Virus record (IMG/VR): IMGVR_UViG_3300043117_000434
Coordinates: 1 to 28,306 of that record
Source: a virus
Taxonomy: Duplodnaviria; Caudoviricetes
DNA: 28,306 bases
Direction: 5' to 3' (one strand)
A program made the translations under genes and the position numbers. Under the pieces are notes generated by a model that worked only from the letters and a program-made list of their open reading frames with translations, searched no databases and was not told the DNA's origin. The first letter of the stretch is position 1. Each line of letters opens with the position of its first letter. Below, piece after piece: positions 1 to 7,374 of the stretch.

Positions 1-168
1 AGCTATGATGTCGTTAGCATTGCCTACAAAGTGCCAGTAATCATTTTGTCTATCAAAGTTGATAGTGCTACCATAATAGTGGATAGTACCATTTCTTTTG
101 ATTACCACTTGTCTATTACCTATACCATGGCCAAGTAGTTCTTTAATCTTTTCATAATAGTTTTGCAT
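1..168 (-). CDS. Small hypothetical phage protein, truncated by the left window edge (not in ORF track)
   Basis: Manual translation from ATG at 168: MQNYYEKIKELLGHGIGNRQVVIKRNGTIHYYGSTINFDRQNDYWHFVGNANDIIA..., open to position 1. SD-like GAGGGG lies just upstream on the - strand (complement of 175-180). Confidence 0.75.
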   Translation of the reverse strand, partial: MQNYYEKIKELLGHGIGNRQVVIKRNGTIHYYGSTINFDRQNDYWHFVGNANDIIA

Positions 169-209
169 AATGTACCCCTCTTTTTTCTGTTAAGGTTAAT
201 AATATATTG

Positions 210-354
210 TTAGTATCCACCAAAGCAGTATGATTATTGAGTTTTATATAGTTACAGTCTTAAAAATTAGCCCGCTATTATATTAGCCTGCTATTATATT
301 AGCCCACTAAGTTCTTTCTGCTCTTTGTTTACATACTGCTTTAATTGACACTAA
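210..354 (-). repeat. Long-range inverted repeat (23-nt arms, ~100-nt loop) in the leader of the 168(-) gene
   Basis: Arms 210-232 (ttagtatccaccaaagcagtatg) and 332-354 (catactgctttaattgacactaa). The 11-bp core aaagcagtatg/catactgcttt is perfect. Three of the four differences become G-U pairs on the - strand RNA. Confidence 0.8.
266..309. repeat. 16-bp tandem repeat, ~2.75 copies
   Basis: attagcccgctattat (266-281), attagcctgctattat (282-297), attagcccacta (298-309). Confidence 0.9.
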
Positions 355-597
355 TTTCACGTATCAATTGTAAGCTTTTTAAAATCGGTATGACTCTTAC
401 TGTCATATCCAATTATAGTGGTATCAAGTCACAGTTAGTTAGTAATTAACTGTGCAAGACTCAGATCTCTATGCGAGCGCTGGCTTAGATGATATAAGCT
501 ACTATCAAGTCCCTATGGTAGGTCCTTTGGACTCTCATATAATAAGATGTTTTTTATGCGGTCACTCACTGCCTTCTTTCCGCCAAGGCTCTTATTA

Positions 598-648
598 TGT
601 GCATTTAGCTGGATATACAGACAATATGTATATCCAGCTAAATGCACA
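598..648. repeat. Perfect 22-bp inverted repeat with 7-nt loop
   Basis: tgtgcatttagctggatataca (598-619), loop gacaata, tgtatatccagctaaatgcaca (627-648). Confidence 0.95.
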
Positions 649-651
649 CAC

Positions 652-690
652 AAAAAGGCGCATGAGCTCAATTAGAGTTCATGCGCCTTT
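652..690 (-). terminator. Rho-independent terminator downstream of 699..1130(-), possibly bidirectional
   Basis: Stem aaaggcgcatgagctc / gagttcatgcgccttt (one mismatch or G-U) with loop aatta. The A-run at 652-656 gives a U-tract on the - strand. It lies directly after the stop at 699. Confidence 0.75.
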
Positions 691-698
691 GATTTTTC

Positions 699-1130
699 TC
701 ACTTTTTATTTTCTGTAAGGTCCCACTTCTCTGGACACTCGGCCTCTATCCAGTCCTGGATTATCCGGGCCCTGTCTGTTTTACGCAGGACCCTTGCCTT
801 TAAGACCTCCCCTGTTTTAGGGTCTTTCTCGATATCAAAATTCAACAGGGTGTGATTAATGGGAGTTTCAAGGGACACAGTTATTTCCTCTGTGTCCTTG
901 TCCTCAAACAAATTAGGGTTAACCCTGTTGATAAGCTGTACTTGATCTTCAGTCAGCGAGCAGAGCAGGTTCGCCACATACTTGCCACCGATGAAGTTGT
1001 CCACTCTGGACAGATCAAGGTCGGGAAGCCCGGCAGCTTCTCTTACTTTCTCTAAGAGTGTCAGTCCGAAACGAACCTCCTCCAATTTCATTAAATAATT
1101 ATTACCTCTAAACTTTAGTTGAAACTGCAT
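699..1130 (-). CDS. Hypothetical phage protein (143 aa)
   Basis: ATG start with AAGGAG SD upstream on the - strand (complement of ctcctt at 1138-1143). Protein-like composition and followed by a terminator. No family recognised. Confidence 0.8.
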   Translation of the reverse strand: MQFQLKFRGNNYLMKLEEVRFGLTLLEKVREAAGLPDLDLSRVDNFIGGKYVANLLCSLTEDQVQLINRVNPNLFEDKDTEEITVSLETPINHTLLNFDIEKDPKTGEVLKARVLRKTDRARIIQDWIEAECPEKWDLTENKK

Positions 1131-1316
1131 GTCTATGCTCCTTTAGTGCCTTTCGGGGCACTGGTTAAGGTTAATAAGATCAGTAACCATGCCTTGTATA
1201 TATAATGGATAGAGCAAAACTTGTAAAACCTGATTAGAGCTTAAGCTTTCCGGAGTTTGTGGACTGCAAGTGATTATTATTAGATCAGGACTAAAATCAA
1301 GTATTTTCTCAAAAAA

Positions 1317-1344
1317 TTGACAAAATCTAACACGAATATAATAT
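1317..1344 (+). promoter_or_regulatory. Possible sigma70-type promoter for terS
   Basis: TTGACA at 1317-1322 with overlapping -10 candidates TATAAT (14-nt spacer) or TAATAT (16-nt spacer), in an AT-rich divergent intergenic region. Confidence 0.45.
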
Positions 1345-1440
1345 AGATGTAGGTATAAGAGATTTATTGCATAGGCTAATACACACATTATGGGATAGCA
1401 CTAATAACAGAAATAACACTTTTAAAGGAGTGATTGAAGA

Positions 1441-1908
1441 ATGAGACAGAGAACAAAAGAACTAACTAAGATTCAGAGAGAAAGGCTAAAGAGATATAAG
1501 GCTTTTTGGTTACATTACTGTAAGACACAGGATGTGGTACAGGCCTATTACTTAGCAGGATACACAGCCAAGACTGATACTATTGCACGCTCAAATGCGT
1601 ATCATTTACTGCACAAAATAGACAAGAAGTTAAAGTTTGGTACTATACTGGATAGTGCAGGTTTAACTAATAGATATATAGCTAATAATCTTAAGCAAGT
1701 TATAGATACGGATAAGCTGGATACTAAGGTTAAGGGTCTTAATTTGCTTACTCGCTGCAAGGGACTGCAGCAAAGTAATGAGGTTAACGTCGGTGTGCAG
1801 ATTGTTCTTAAGAGTCAGCAAGGCAGTGGCAGTGCTAATGTTATAGATGTGTCGGCTGGCAGTAAGGGGCATGATAATACAGTCCAGTATGACCAGATAA
1901 CGGAGTGA
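1441..1908 (+). CDS. terS: Terminase small subunit
   Basis: N-terminal HTH pattern typical of TerS (KAFWLHYCKTQDVVQAYYLAGY...ARSNAYHLL). AAGGAG SD. Located upstream of the large terminase. Confidence 0.8.
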   Translation: MRQRTKELTKIQRERLKRYKAFWLHYCKTQDVVQAYYLAGYTAKTDTIARSNAYHLLHKIDKKLKFGTILDSAGLTNRYIANNLKQVIDTDKLDTKVKGLNLLTRCKGLQQSNEVNVGVQIVLKSQQGSGSANVIDVSAGSKGHDNTVQYDQITE

Positions 1909-1915
1909 CTCTCTC

Positions 1916-2025
1916 TGTACCCGGACCCTGTGCCAAGTCTTATGCAGGGCACACACTGAGTCTCTTCCCATGTACCCGGACCCTGTGCCAAGTCTTATGC
2001 AGGGCACACACTGAGTCTCTTCCCA
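1916..2025. repeat. Exact 55-bp tandem duplication (possibly an assembly artefact)
   Basis: tgtacccggaccctgtgccaagtcttatgcagggcacacactgagtctcttccca at 1916-1970 and 1971-2025, identical, with no extension on either flank. Confidence 0.95.
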
Positions 2026-2083
2026 CAATCGGTTACAGGCAGTCAGGGCACTGGCAGCCCTAACACTTTGTGCGTTGACAAGC

Positions 2084-2138
2084 AATGTCCGGGACCGGAG
2101 TCCCGTCCCCCCTACGTTATATACTCCCCCCGGACATT
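2084..2138. repeat. 10-bp inverted repeat enclosing two C6 runs
   Basis: aatgtccggg (2084-2093) / cccggacatt (2129-2138). C6 runs at 2107-2112 and 2126-2131 flank tacgttatatact. Confidence 0.75.
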
Positions 2139-2163
2139 TTTTACTTAAAATACTCACTTCATC

Positions 2164-2196
2164 TAAAATGCCCTTAAAATGCCCTTAAAGTGCCCT
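2164..2196. repeat. 11-bp tandem repeat x3
   Basis: taaaatgccct, taaaatgccct, taaagtgccct. Confidence 0.9.
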
Positions 2197-2296
2197 CCTG
2201 TTACTTAAAGCACACACTCTGCCCATGTTTCAGGTGCTTTTACTCAGGGCATTGCTTTACTTGAGCTGCCGCTTATTTTTGTTATGGGTATTCTGC

Positions 2297-2325
2297 TTGA
2301 CAAAACTATTTTGTTAGGATAAAAT
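2297..2325 (+). promoter_or_regulatory. Near-consensus sigma70 promoter
   Basis: TTGACA (2297-2302), 17-nt spacer, TAAAAT (2320-2325). Confidence 0.75.
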
Positions 2326-2331
2326 TCAAGT

Positions 2332-2411
2332 TGTTGTCTTTTGTTTTAATTCTCCTTATTTTATTGCGTAGCCCCGTTGTTTATCCGACCTAAGCAACGG
2401 GGTTTTTATTT
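2332..2411 (+). ncRNA. Candidate ~80-nt small RNA with an anti-SD motif
   Basis: Bounded by the 2297-2325 promoter and the 2371-2411 terminator. No ORF. The U-rich 5' part contains ttctcctt (2350-2357). The start position is estimated from the -10 box. Confidence 0.5.
2371..2411 (+). terminator. Rho-independent terminator
   Basis: 13-bp stem gccccgttgttta / taagcaacggggt (two G-U pairs), loop tccgacc, followed by ttttattt. Confidence 0.85.
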
Positions 2412-2503
2412 ATACCCCCCTGGTCTTTATATTCTTAAAATTTTAAATAATGAGAATCCTCTTTGTATTGACTTCTTTTCTTTTTGGTTATACTCTCTCT
2501 TTT

Positions 2504-3904
2504 ATGGCTGATACTAATTGTATTATTGAGCTTTCTCCAACCATAGAAGCATATGTATACTCTAAGGCTGTGGTGAATGTAGTTTATTCTTCACGGGGAG
2601 AGGGTAAGACTGTTGGAAGCATTGCAGCTCTTTTTGCACATGCTAAGAGAAATGGTAAGCCTATCCGAGCGGCAATAGTTCGGGATACCCATGAGAATCT
2701 TAAGCTTTCCACTGCCCGAAGTATTCAGGATGTTCTTCCTGTCTCTATGTATAAGTTTAAGAATGACTATAAAGAATTATATTTGTACTCAGATCCTCCT
2801 ATCACATGCGATTTATTTGGTATAGATGATCCTGCTTCTTTATCAAAGCTGCAAGGGCCTGAGTTTTCGCTTATTTGGCTGGAGGAGCCCGCACCAATGT
2901 CTGACAAGGCTAATGCAGGTCTGAGTGAGGATGTTTTTAATGCGGCCCTTATTGCATGTGCCAGGCAGAGAAATACTATTCCAAGATTACAGATTTCCAT
3001 GAATCCTGCTGATCAGGGTCACTGGACATATAAGAGGTTTTTTGAGAATACTTTTATAGATCCGGAGAATCCTCTTATTGATCTTGCCGTGTTTTCTGTT
3101 CCTTATGGAGAGAATAAGTTTCTTCCGGATGTTGCCAGGCAGGCTGTTAAGGCTGCGTATAAGTTTGATAAGAGATCTTATGCCCGGTATGTAGAGAATA
3201 AGTTTATTCCTTTGCAGACAGGGGTTGCTGTTACGCCGGATTATAGTTCCGGGGCTTATGTTACAAAGAATCCTGTTAAGCCTGCTCTGGGATTGGAGGG
3301 ATTCAGGGCTTATGATGGCTGGCATAATCCTGTTTGTTTATTAGGGCAGGTTACACACACAGGGAGGCTGGTGTTTATTGATTCGTTTGTAGGAATTAAT
3401 TGTGATGTTGGAATGCTGATTAGGAATAAGGTTTTGCCTGCTTTGGAGACTCCCAGGTGGAAGAATATGTGTAAGTCGTGGCGGGATATTGGGGATATTT
3501 CCATGAAGACTCCGGATCAGAGCAACATTTCCACTTCTGCAGCCAAGGTTATTGAAGGGATTTTTGGGGGGTATTTTGAGAGCGGGCCTGCCAGGTGGGA
3601 GCACATGAAGCTTGGAATCAGCAATGCTTTTTCCAGGAATATTTGTGGAAACCCTGCCTTTATTGTAAATTGTCAGAATAGAGACCTGGACAGGGCTTTG
3701 TCCGGGGGGTGGCATTATAAGGCAGATAATTCTGGGAATATTCTTGGAGATATTCCTGAGAAGAGTCCTGATTCACATGTTGGGGATGCATGGGCTAATG
3801 CAGTGAATGTTCTTTTGCCGATAGAGAGAAAGGCTTCCAATAGGGCAAGGTTGCAGACTTTAAGAAGACAGGCCCGGGCCAGGGCTGCAGGATATGCTGT
3901 GTAG
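2504..3904 (+). CDS. terL: Terminase large subunit (start probably ATG 2504; track start is 2450)
   Basis: Walker A-like SSRGEGKT, Walker B LIWLEE, coupling motif SMNP, and C-terminal RNase H-like nuclease acidic motifs (AYDGWHNP, GDIS, SHVGDA). The 18 extra residues from 2450 are translated from a T-rich promoter-like stretch. Confidence 0.92.
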   Translation: MADTNCIIELSPTIEAYVYSKAVVNVVYSSRGEGKTVGSIAALFAHAKRNGKPIRAAIVRDTHENLKLSTARSIQDVLPVSMYKFKNDYKELYLYSDPPITCDLFGIDDPASLSKLQGPEFSLIWLEEPAPMSDKANAGLSEDVFNAALIACARQRNTIPRLQISMNPADQGHWTYKRFFENTFIDPENPLIDLAVFSVPYGENKFLPDVARQAVKAAYKFDKRSYARYVENKFIPLQTGVAVTPDYSSGAYVTKNPVKPALGLEGFRAYDGWHNPVCLLGQVTHTGRLVFIDSFVGINCDVGMLIRNKVLPALETPRWKNMCKSWRDIGDISMKTPDQSNISTSAAKVIEGIFGGYFESGPARWEHMKLGISNAFSRNICGNPAFIVNCQNRDLDRALSGGWHYKADNSGNILGDIPEKSPDSHVGDAWANAVNVLLPIERKASNRARLQTLRRQARARAAGYAV

Positions 3905-3912
3905 GAGGAAAT

Positions 3913-4131
3913 ATGGGGGAAGTTGTTAATCTTCCTGTTGTGACTACCTTGGATTTAGATCCTGACAGGGTTCTAGGGGATGTTTTGGGGAAGCTGGATG
4001 GTTTTATTCTGGCAGGAGTGGGCAAGGATGGGCATGAGATGTTCCGATCAACTTTTGGAGATAAAGCAGAAGCTTTGTGGTATCTTGAACGATGCAGGCT
4101 GGCTTTGCTCAGTGTGTCTGTTGAGGAGTAG
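3913..4131 (+). CDS. Small hypothetical phage protein (72 aa)
   Basis: Strong AGGAGG SD; tightly packed after terL. Confidence 0.8.
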   Translation: MGEVVNLPVVTTLDLDPDRVLGDVLGKLDGFILAGVGKDGHEMFRSTFGDKAEALWYLERCRLALLSVSVEE

Positions 4132-4133
4132 CT

Positions 4134-4376
4134 ATGGGTAAGCTTGAAACATCTGGATATAGAAGGTTCTGGCCAATGAGACAGTTTGAAAGAGTTGATT
4201 CTTCAGGAAAGAAAGTATCTACTGAGGGATATCGGGATATGGTTTCCGGGAAGTTTTATGCTCCTGAAAAGGGCTGGAATGGAAGTCCCCCTAATCTTCC
4301 CCCAGGGAATAGAAACTTGACTGATCCTTCAAGAAAGTATATGGAGAATTATGAGAGAATTTTTGGGCATAGTTAA
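4134..4376 (+). CDS. Small hypothetical phage protein (80 aa)
   Basis: GAGGAG SD within the end of the previous gene; co-oriented with a 2-nt gap. Confidence 0.75.
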   Translation: MGKLETSGYRRFWPMRQFERVDSSGKKVSTEGYRDMVSGKFYAPEKGWNGSPPNLPPGNRNLTDPSRKYMENYERIFGHS

Positions 4377-4396
4377 GGCCCGAAGGAGAGATTGCT

Positions 4397-4729
4397 GTGA
4401 ATGCTAAGAATGTAAAATACTATGACTCTTCAGCTTTGGAGAGTTCTGCTGTCATTTCTGATGCGCCGGGACATCTTTTCAGTATAACCGGATATAACGA
4501 TAATGCGGGGGCTCAGTTTGTTCAGATACATGATGCTGCTGCTCTTCCTGCTGATGGTGCAGTTCCAGCTATTGTTCTCACTGTGGCTGCGAAGGAGAAT
4601 TTCTGGTATGAGCTGAAGGAAATAGGTCGGTTTTTCAGTAATGGAATAGTTGTCTGTAATAGTTCCACTGCTGCCACAAAAACCATCGGTGCTGCTGACT
4701 GCTGGTTTAATGCTCAGTACGATTCCTAA
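4397..4729 (+). CDS. Small beta-rich protein, possibly virion-associated (110 aa)
   Basis: AAGGAG SD and GTG start. Beta-strand-rich pattern (GHLFSITGYN...FVQIHDAAALPADGAVP...FSNGIVV) resembling small phage beta-sandwich proteins. Confidence 0.7.
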   Translation: MNAKNVKYYDSSALESSAVISDAPGHLFSITGYNDNAGAQFVQIHDAAALPADGAVPAIVLTVAAKENFWYELKEIGRFFSNGIVVCNSSTAATKTIGAADCWFNAQYDS

Positions 4730-4741
4730 AGGAGAAAGATC

Positions 4742-5062
4742 ATGCCAGCTAAATCTAAAGCTCAAAGACGGTTTATGGGCATAGTTAATAAGATCATGTC
4801 CGGGGGAGCCACAAAGAAATATAGTGACAAAGCCATGGATGCTGCTCGAAATATGAAGAAAAAGGCAGTTCGGCACTTTGCTTCTACTGCTGAGGCTGGT
4901 CTTCCAAAGAAGGTTTCCGGGAATTCCAGTAAGAAGAGCAGTCCCAGAAAAATAGAGAAAAAAAGTTCTCCTTTCTCTATCTTTGAGGCCAAGAAGAAAA
5001 TAGAGAAACGAAAGAAGAAGTCTTCAGACCTGGAAGATTTTTTTAAGGGCCAGGGGCAGTAG
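4742..5062 (+). CDS. DUF3008-like small basic protein
   Basis: N-terminal MPAKSKAQRRFMG and RHFAST...GLPKKV match my recollection of the DUF3008 pattern. AAGGAG SD; Lys/Ser-rich tail. Confidence 0.65.
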   Translation: MPAKSKAQRRFMGIVNKIMSGGATKKYSDKAMDAARNMKKKAVRHFASTAEAGLPKKVSGNSSKKSSPRKIEKKSSPFSIFEAKKKIEKRKKKSSDLEDFFKGQGQ

Positions 5063-5063
5063 A

Positions 5064-6944
5064 ATGGCTGAGTTTGCTGATAATCAACAGGATATAGTGA
5101 GGCGTAAGATTAAGGAACTCTCCCGGGATTCCAGGAAAGAAGCTGAATCTCCTGATAGCCAGGAGTTGAAAGAGAGAGAGGAAGCTGCAAAAAGATATGC
5201 TGGAGAGAACCCGAAGCATTTTGTTGATTATGGAAATGACTGCGTAGCTACTTCTTGCCGAGCAATGATCAAGGTTCGGCAGGAGCAGAAGGAATGCTGG
5301 GAATGCTTTAATGAAGATGCTCCTCCCAACTATACTCAGAAAGAAGATTGGCAGTCTAAAGTAGTTATTCCCAAGCCGTACGCATCTGTAATGTTTGCAA
5401 TGGCTGTGGTTAAAAAGGCCTTTTCTGTTGATTTTTTGTCTGTGCAGAATGAGCAGAATATTCAGGTTGCTGCATTCTGGGAAAAACTGATGCAGCATTG
5501 TTTTAATCAAAAACATGCTGATTTTACCACTGCGTTTACGGATAGTACCGGGATGGGGTTTGCTGTTGGACAGTCCCTGGAAGTTTTACCGGTGTGGAGA
5601 AGGGGAGAAGGTTTAAAATTTATTTTGGTTGAGCCATGGAAGATTCACAGAGATCCTGATGCGATAAGCAGAAATCCTCAGTCAGGCCTGTACTGGATTC
5701 ATCGAGAGTACCTTGATTATTATGCCTTGAAGGAAAAAGAGAAGCTTGGAGTATATCAGAATATAGATGATGTTAAAGGATATCTGGATATTTCTCATGG
5801 GGGAATGTCAAAAGAAGAAATAGCTGAAAGAAAGGGCCTTTACTGGCAGAGATCTAAATTTAGAACAGCAATTCTCACTTCTGAATTTTGGGGGCAGGTT
5901 TTAGGGCCTGATGGAACCGTTATTCTTCCAAGTGCAAGATATACCTGGGCTGGGAATCAGATAATCCAACCACCACAAGTTCCTCCTTATAGATCCCTGA
6001 GATGGCCTGGTAGTTCATTCAGTCCTCTTCCAAACTTTATTCGATTTGATGGAAGAAGCCTGCTTAAGAGTGTGAAGTCTTTGTGGCACTGGATGTGCAC
6101 TGTGTTCTCTTTGCACAGTGACAATCTCAATTGGGTTGTGAACCCTCCTAAAGAAATTGATGTCAGTTCTTTGGTAGATCCGGATGATCTGGATGATTAC
6201 CCGGGGAAAGTAACCCTGACACGAGGAACTGTTTCCGGGAATCAGGTTATCAGAACAATTGAAAGAAAGAATACTACCAATGAGATTTTGGCTAATCTTA
6301 ATTATGGGGACCAGGTATTTCAGCGTGGGGCCATGGTGACAGACCTGGTTCAAGGATTGCCGGGCTGGAGAGCTGAAGTTACTGCCAGGGAACAGGCTCA
6401 AAACTTAGAGCAAGCTATGTCTGTGTTCAGTCTCATGGGTTCCAATATAGAAAAAGGAGCTATTGCAATAGTCGAGGCTGCTGCTCAGATAATTGAAGCA
6501 AACATAGGGTATTTTGATCTTCTGGAGATTTTTACCCCGGAAGAAATTGAGCCGTATATAGACTTGAATTCTCCCACAGGAATAAGACTTCCTGGCCTTG
6601 GAGGCTCTTTTCATGTAAGTGGCATTTCTGCAATCATGAAAGATTCGGAAATACTTAACAGTATCAAGGAACTTATTCTTCCACTCTATACCGAAGGAAG
6701 TCCATTTGTGAAATATATACATCCGTACAGGGTTCTTAAGTCTATTGAGCGCAGGTCAAATCTTGAAGATGAGAAGCTCTTTATTTCTGATATTGATGGG
6801 GAGGTCTTGGACGAAGAGACCATGTCTGATGCAAAGGAGAAAGAGGATCTTGAACTGGAGGAAAGGAGGGCTTCTGCAGAGATTGCTGCAGCTAATGCTG
6901 CTCAGAGTGATGTGGGCATGGAGGCTCCTGTAGAGGAGGTATAG
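5064..6944 (+). CDS. Portal protein (podovirus/P22-like size)
   Basis: 626 aa, between terL and scaffold/capsid. Portal-like motifs DWQSKVVIP, DNLNWVVNPP and GL.G...TA.E; acidic C-terminal tail. Confidence 0.85.
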   Translation: MAEFADNQQDIVRRKIKELSRDSRKEAESPDSQELKEREEAAKRYAGENPKHFVDYGNDCVATSCRAMIKVRQEQKECWECFNEDAPPNYTQKEDWQSKVVIPKPYASVMFAMAVVKKAFSVDFLSVQNEQNIQVAAFWEKLMQHCFNQKHADFTTAFTDSTGMGFAVGQSLEVLPVWRRGEGLKFILVEPWKIHRDPDAISRNPQSGLYWIHREYLDYYALKEKEKLGVYQNIDDVKGYLDISHGGMSKEEIAERKGLYWQRSKFRTAILTSEFWGQVLGPDGTVILPSARYTWAGNQIIQPPQVPPYRSLRWPGSSFSPLPNFIRFDGRSLLKSVKSLWHWMCTVFSLHSDNLNWVVNPPKEIDVSSLVDPDDLDDYPGKVTLTRGTVSGNQVIRTIERKNTTNEILANLNYGDQVFQRGAMVTDLVQGLPGWRAEVTAREQAQNLEQAMSVFSLMGSNIEKGAIAIVEAAAQIIEANIGYFDLLEIFTPEEIEPYIDLNSPTGIRLPGLGGSFHVSGISAIMKDSEILNSIKELILPLYTEGSPFVKYIHPYRVLKSIERRSNLEDEKLFISDIDGEVLDEETMSDAKEKEDLELEERRASAEIAAANAAQSDVGMEAPVEEV

Positions 6945-6945
6945 G

Positions 6946-7263
6946 TTGATTTCATCAGGGCTTGATATAGATATTGTAACTGGTCTTCCAATAGAGGAAG
7001 AAGAAGATAAAAAGAAAAGGGAGTCAGAGATAAAGAGAAACAAGATTATTAATAGGTACAATAATCTTGTCTCTGATCTTTGTGGTCGTGGGGGAGCAGT
7101 TGTAGAAGCAGTTACTGAGCAATACATAGCCAGGGTAGAAGATCTGATAAGTAATGACCCTGTATGCCAAGAGTATCAAAAACTATTTGATTCTCTAGGT
7201 ATGCAACTAAATGCTGGAAAGAAAGTAGTGCTTAGTAAAAGCAAAGACTTGAAAGAAGTATAA
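6946..7263 (+). CDS. Hypothetical protein between portal and scaffold (105 aa)
   Basis: GGAGG SD and TTG start; helical. Typical position of a small post-portal gene. Confidence 0.7.
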   Translation: MISSGLDIDIVTGLPIEEEEDKKKRESEIKRNKIINRYNNLVSDLCGRGGAVVEAVTEQYIARVEDLISNDPVCQEYQKLFDSLGMQLNAGKKVVLSKSKDLKEV

Positions 7264-7298
7264 TAACAATGTATAACAAAATTATTAACTATGTGTAA

Positions 7299-7374
7299 AC
7301 AGTCCCTGTAAGGATACGCTGTAAAAACACAACAGCCTGTCCTAGTCCCTGTACTTGAGGATACACTAGAGGAG
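7299..7374 (+). promoter_or_regulatory. Two bulged hairpins in the scaffold gene leader (putative translational operator)
   Basis: acagt-cc-ctgtaa-gg-ATAC-gctgt (7299-7322) and ctagt-cc-ctgtacttga-gg-ATAC-actag (7342-7369). The second abuts the SD GAGGAG (7369-7374). Confidence 0.6.

Noticed and set aside
520-545. Hammerhead-like agtccaaaggac hairpin on the - strand
   Set aside because: No CUGANGA or GAAA core at the required positions.
545-590. PreQ1-I-like AUAAAAAAC tail after a gcgg/ccgc stem on the - strand
   Set aside because: The loop lacks the conserved UUC and the 3' CUA pairing partner.
452-718. 88-aa + strand ORF
   Set aside because: Runs through the palindrome and terminator, has no clear SD and overlaps the 3' end of 699..1130(-); likely spurious.
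1916-2025. CRISPR-like repeat
   Set aside because: Two directly abutting copies with no spacer and no cas genes.
1663-2157. 164-aa - strand ORF
   Set aside because: Antisense to terS and spans the 55-bp duplication; no recognisable motif.
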